From the NCBI GenBank assembly GCA_000002445.1, contig CP000069.1:960001-1024000 (forward strand): DNA of 64,000 nt. Direction: 5' to 3'. The stretch comes from Trypanosoma brucei. Its lineage: Eukaryota. Positions 62,857 through 64,000 of this stretch are shown here, piece by piece; the stretch's first letter is position 1; each line of letters opens with the position of its first letter. The translations under genes and the position numbers were made by a program. The notes below the pieces were generated by a model that was given only the letters and a program-made list of their open reading frames with translations, searched no databases and was not told the origin of the DNA.

Positions 62857-64000
62857 TCTGACGAGGGTTAAAAAAAAACCGACAACAAATATGCAAAAAA
62901 AAATCGTGAAGATTATATCTCACCACGTGTGCGAGTCTTAGTTTTTTTTTATTTTTACAAAACAAATTCTCTACCTCACTAACACTATATGTGACGAATT
63001 TTATTTTTGTGTCTTCCGTGTTTTCCTTCAACTCCTTTCCTTCTTCAAATTATTTAATTTACTTTTCTTCGCTTTCGCTTTACTCCAACCCCCACCCACT
63101 TTTTTTTTTATTTTCCTTCATCTTTTTTTTTTTAAATGTCCCCTTCTTTTTCCCCTTTGAATGGTGTGAAAACAAGAAAAAAAAAGGAAAGGAAAGATGG
63201 AAAAGGGAAAAAAAATTTCTTTGTTTCCTTCAATATATATATTTATTTATTTACCTCTCTGTTGTTGATTTCATTTCTACTGCCCTTTTCTTTTGTTCCC
63301 TTCCCCCACTCAACAAATACTTTTAAAATAATGCAAATAGATAAATATATATGTATTGTATATACGTATATTTGAACAACTTTCTAGTAAGGGAAGAAAA
63401 AATTTTAATGGATGAAAATAAATATTTCTTTGCATGAAAATGTAATGGGAAGCAAAGTGGTAAAAAATGTTGCGGAGTTTGCCCGTCACGCACAGATTTT
63501 ACTCCTACTCTCATCATATGTTGATGTTCCTCTTTTTTTTTCCCCCTTCTTCTTTTTTATTTTTTTTACTAATTTTCACTTTCATTTGTATTTCTTCCGC
63601 ATGAGGTTTTTCGTGACATATGCAAACATACACACAAAAACACAAAAAACATAAAGAAGAAAAAAAAAAGGGAACGACAAAAAACAAAAAAAGAAATTGG
63701 TGAGTGAGCCTAACAGCCAGTCAAAATAATATAAAATAATAATTTTATTTAAAAAAAAACGGCATAAATATAAATAAATACAAAACAAAAGGCATACATA
63801 TATAAACTCACACAAACAAACATACATATAAATATATAAATATATATTTTAGAGGTGAAGAGGAAAGTTGGATACACATTTTCATAAATAAAAGCAAAAT
63901 AGATTGAAATGAAATGAGAATAAATTTGAGGAGCTTTGTAAAGAGATGTTGGAAGAGGTGAGGATGGGGTGGAGGAAAGGAAATAATTTTCTTGACAAAG

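Overview
This window looks like a kinetoplastid, most consistent with the Trypanosoma brucei group, and has the shape of a convergent strand-switch region. Three things point to T. brucei: intron-less ORFs packed on one strand in the style of polycistronic transcription units, ingi-type non-LTR retrotransposons, and a VSG-like surface-protein pseudogene. A plus-strand gene array runs from about 1.6 to 24.8 kb. It contains a C2H2 zinc-finger protein, a giant APC1-like protein with PC repeats, IFT20, GPI mannosyltransferase I (PIG-M), a calpain-like protein with LRRs, a cytochrome b561-like membrane protein, a CCDC25 homolog and a SpoIIIAA/ycf45-like P-loop ATPase. A minus-strand array runs from about 47.4 to 61.9 kb. 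It contains a coiled-coil protein, an RsfS/iojap-like factor, a protein kinase fused to parallel beta-helix repeats, a NUDT22-like Nudix hydrolase, a WD40 protein and two hypothetical proteins. The 22 kb between the arrays (about 24.9 to 47.4 kb) holds no ordinary genes. It contains a degenerate full-length ingi whose N-terminus carries a 2A-like DVEENPGP ribosome-skipping motif, a frameshifted VSG-like surface glycoprotein pseudogene, an older degenerate ingi-related element (DIRE) on the minus strand, and two near-identical ingi copies arranged tail-to-tail as a roughly 3.9 kb-arm inverted repeat. One unusual head-to-head junction between an ingi 5' end and an internal site in the endonuclease domain occurs twice, as mirror images. 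I found no tRNA or rRNA genes. Both ends of the window (1 to 1650 and about 61.9 to 64.0 kb) are AT-rich, low-complexity and gene-free. All functional calls rest on motif recognition by eye in the translated ORFs and should be confirmed by database searches.
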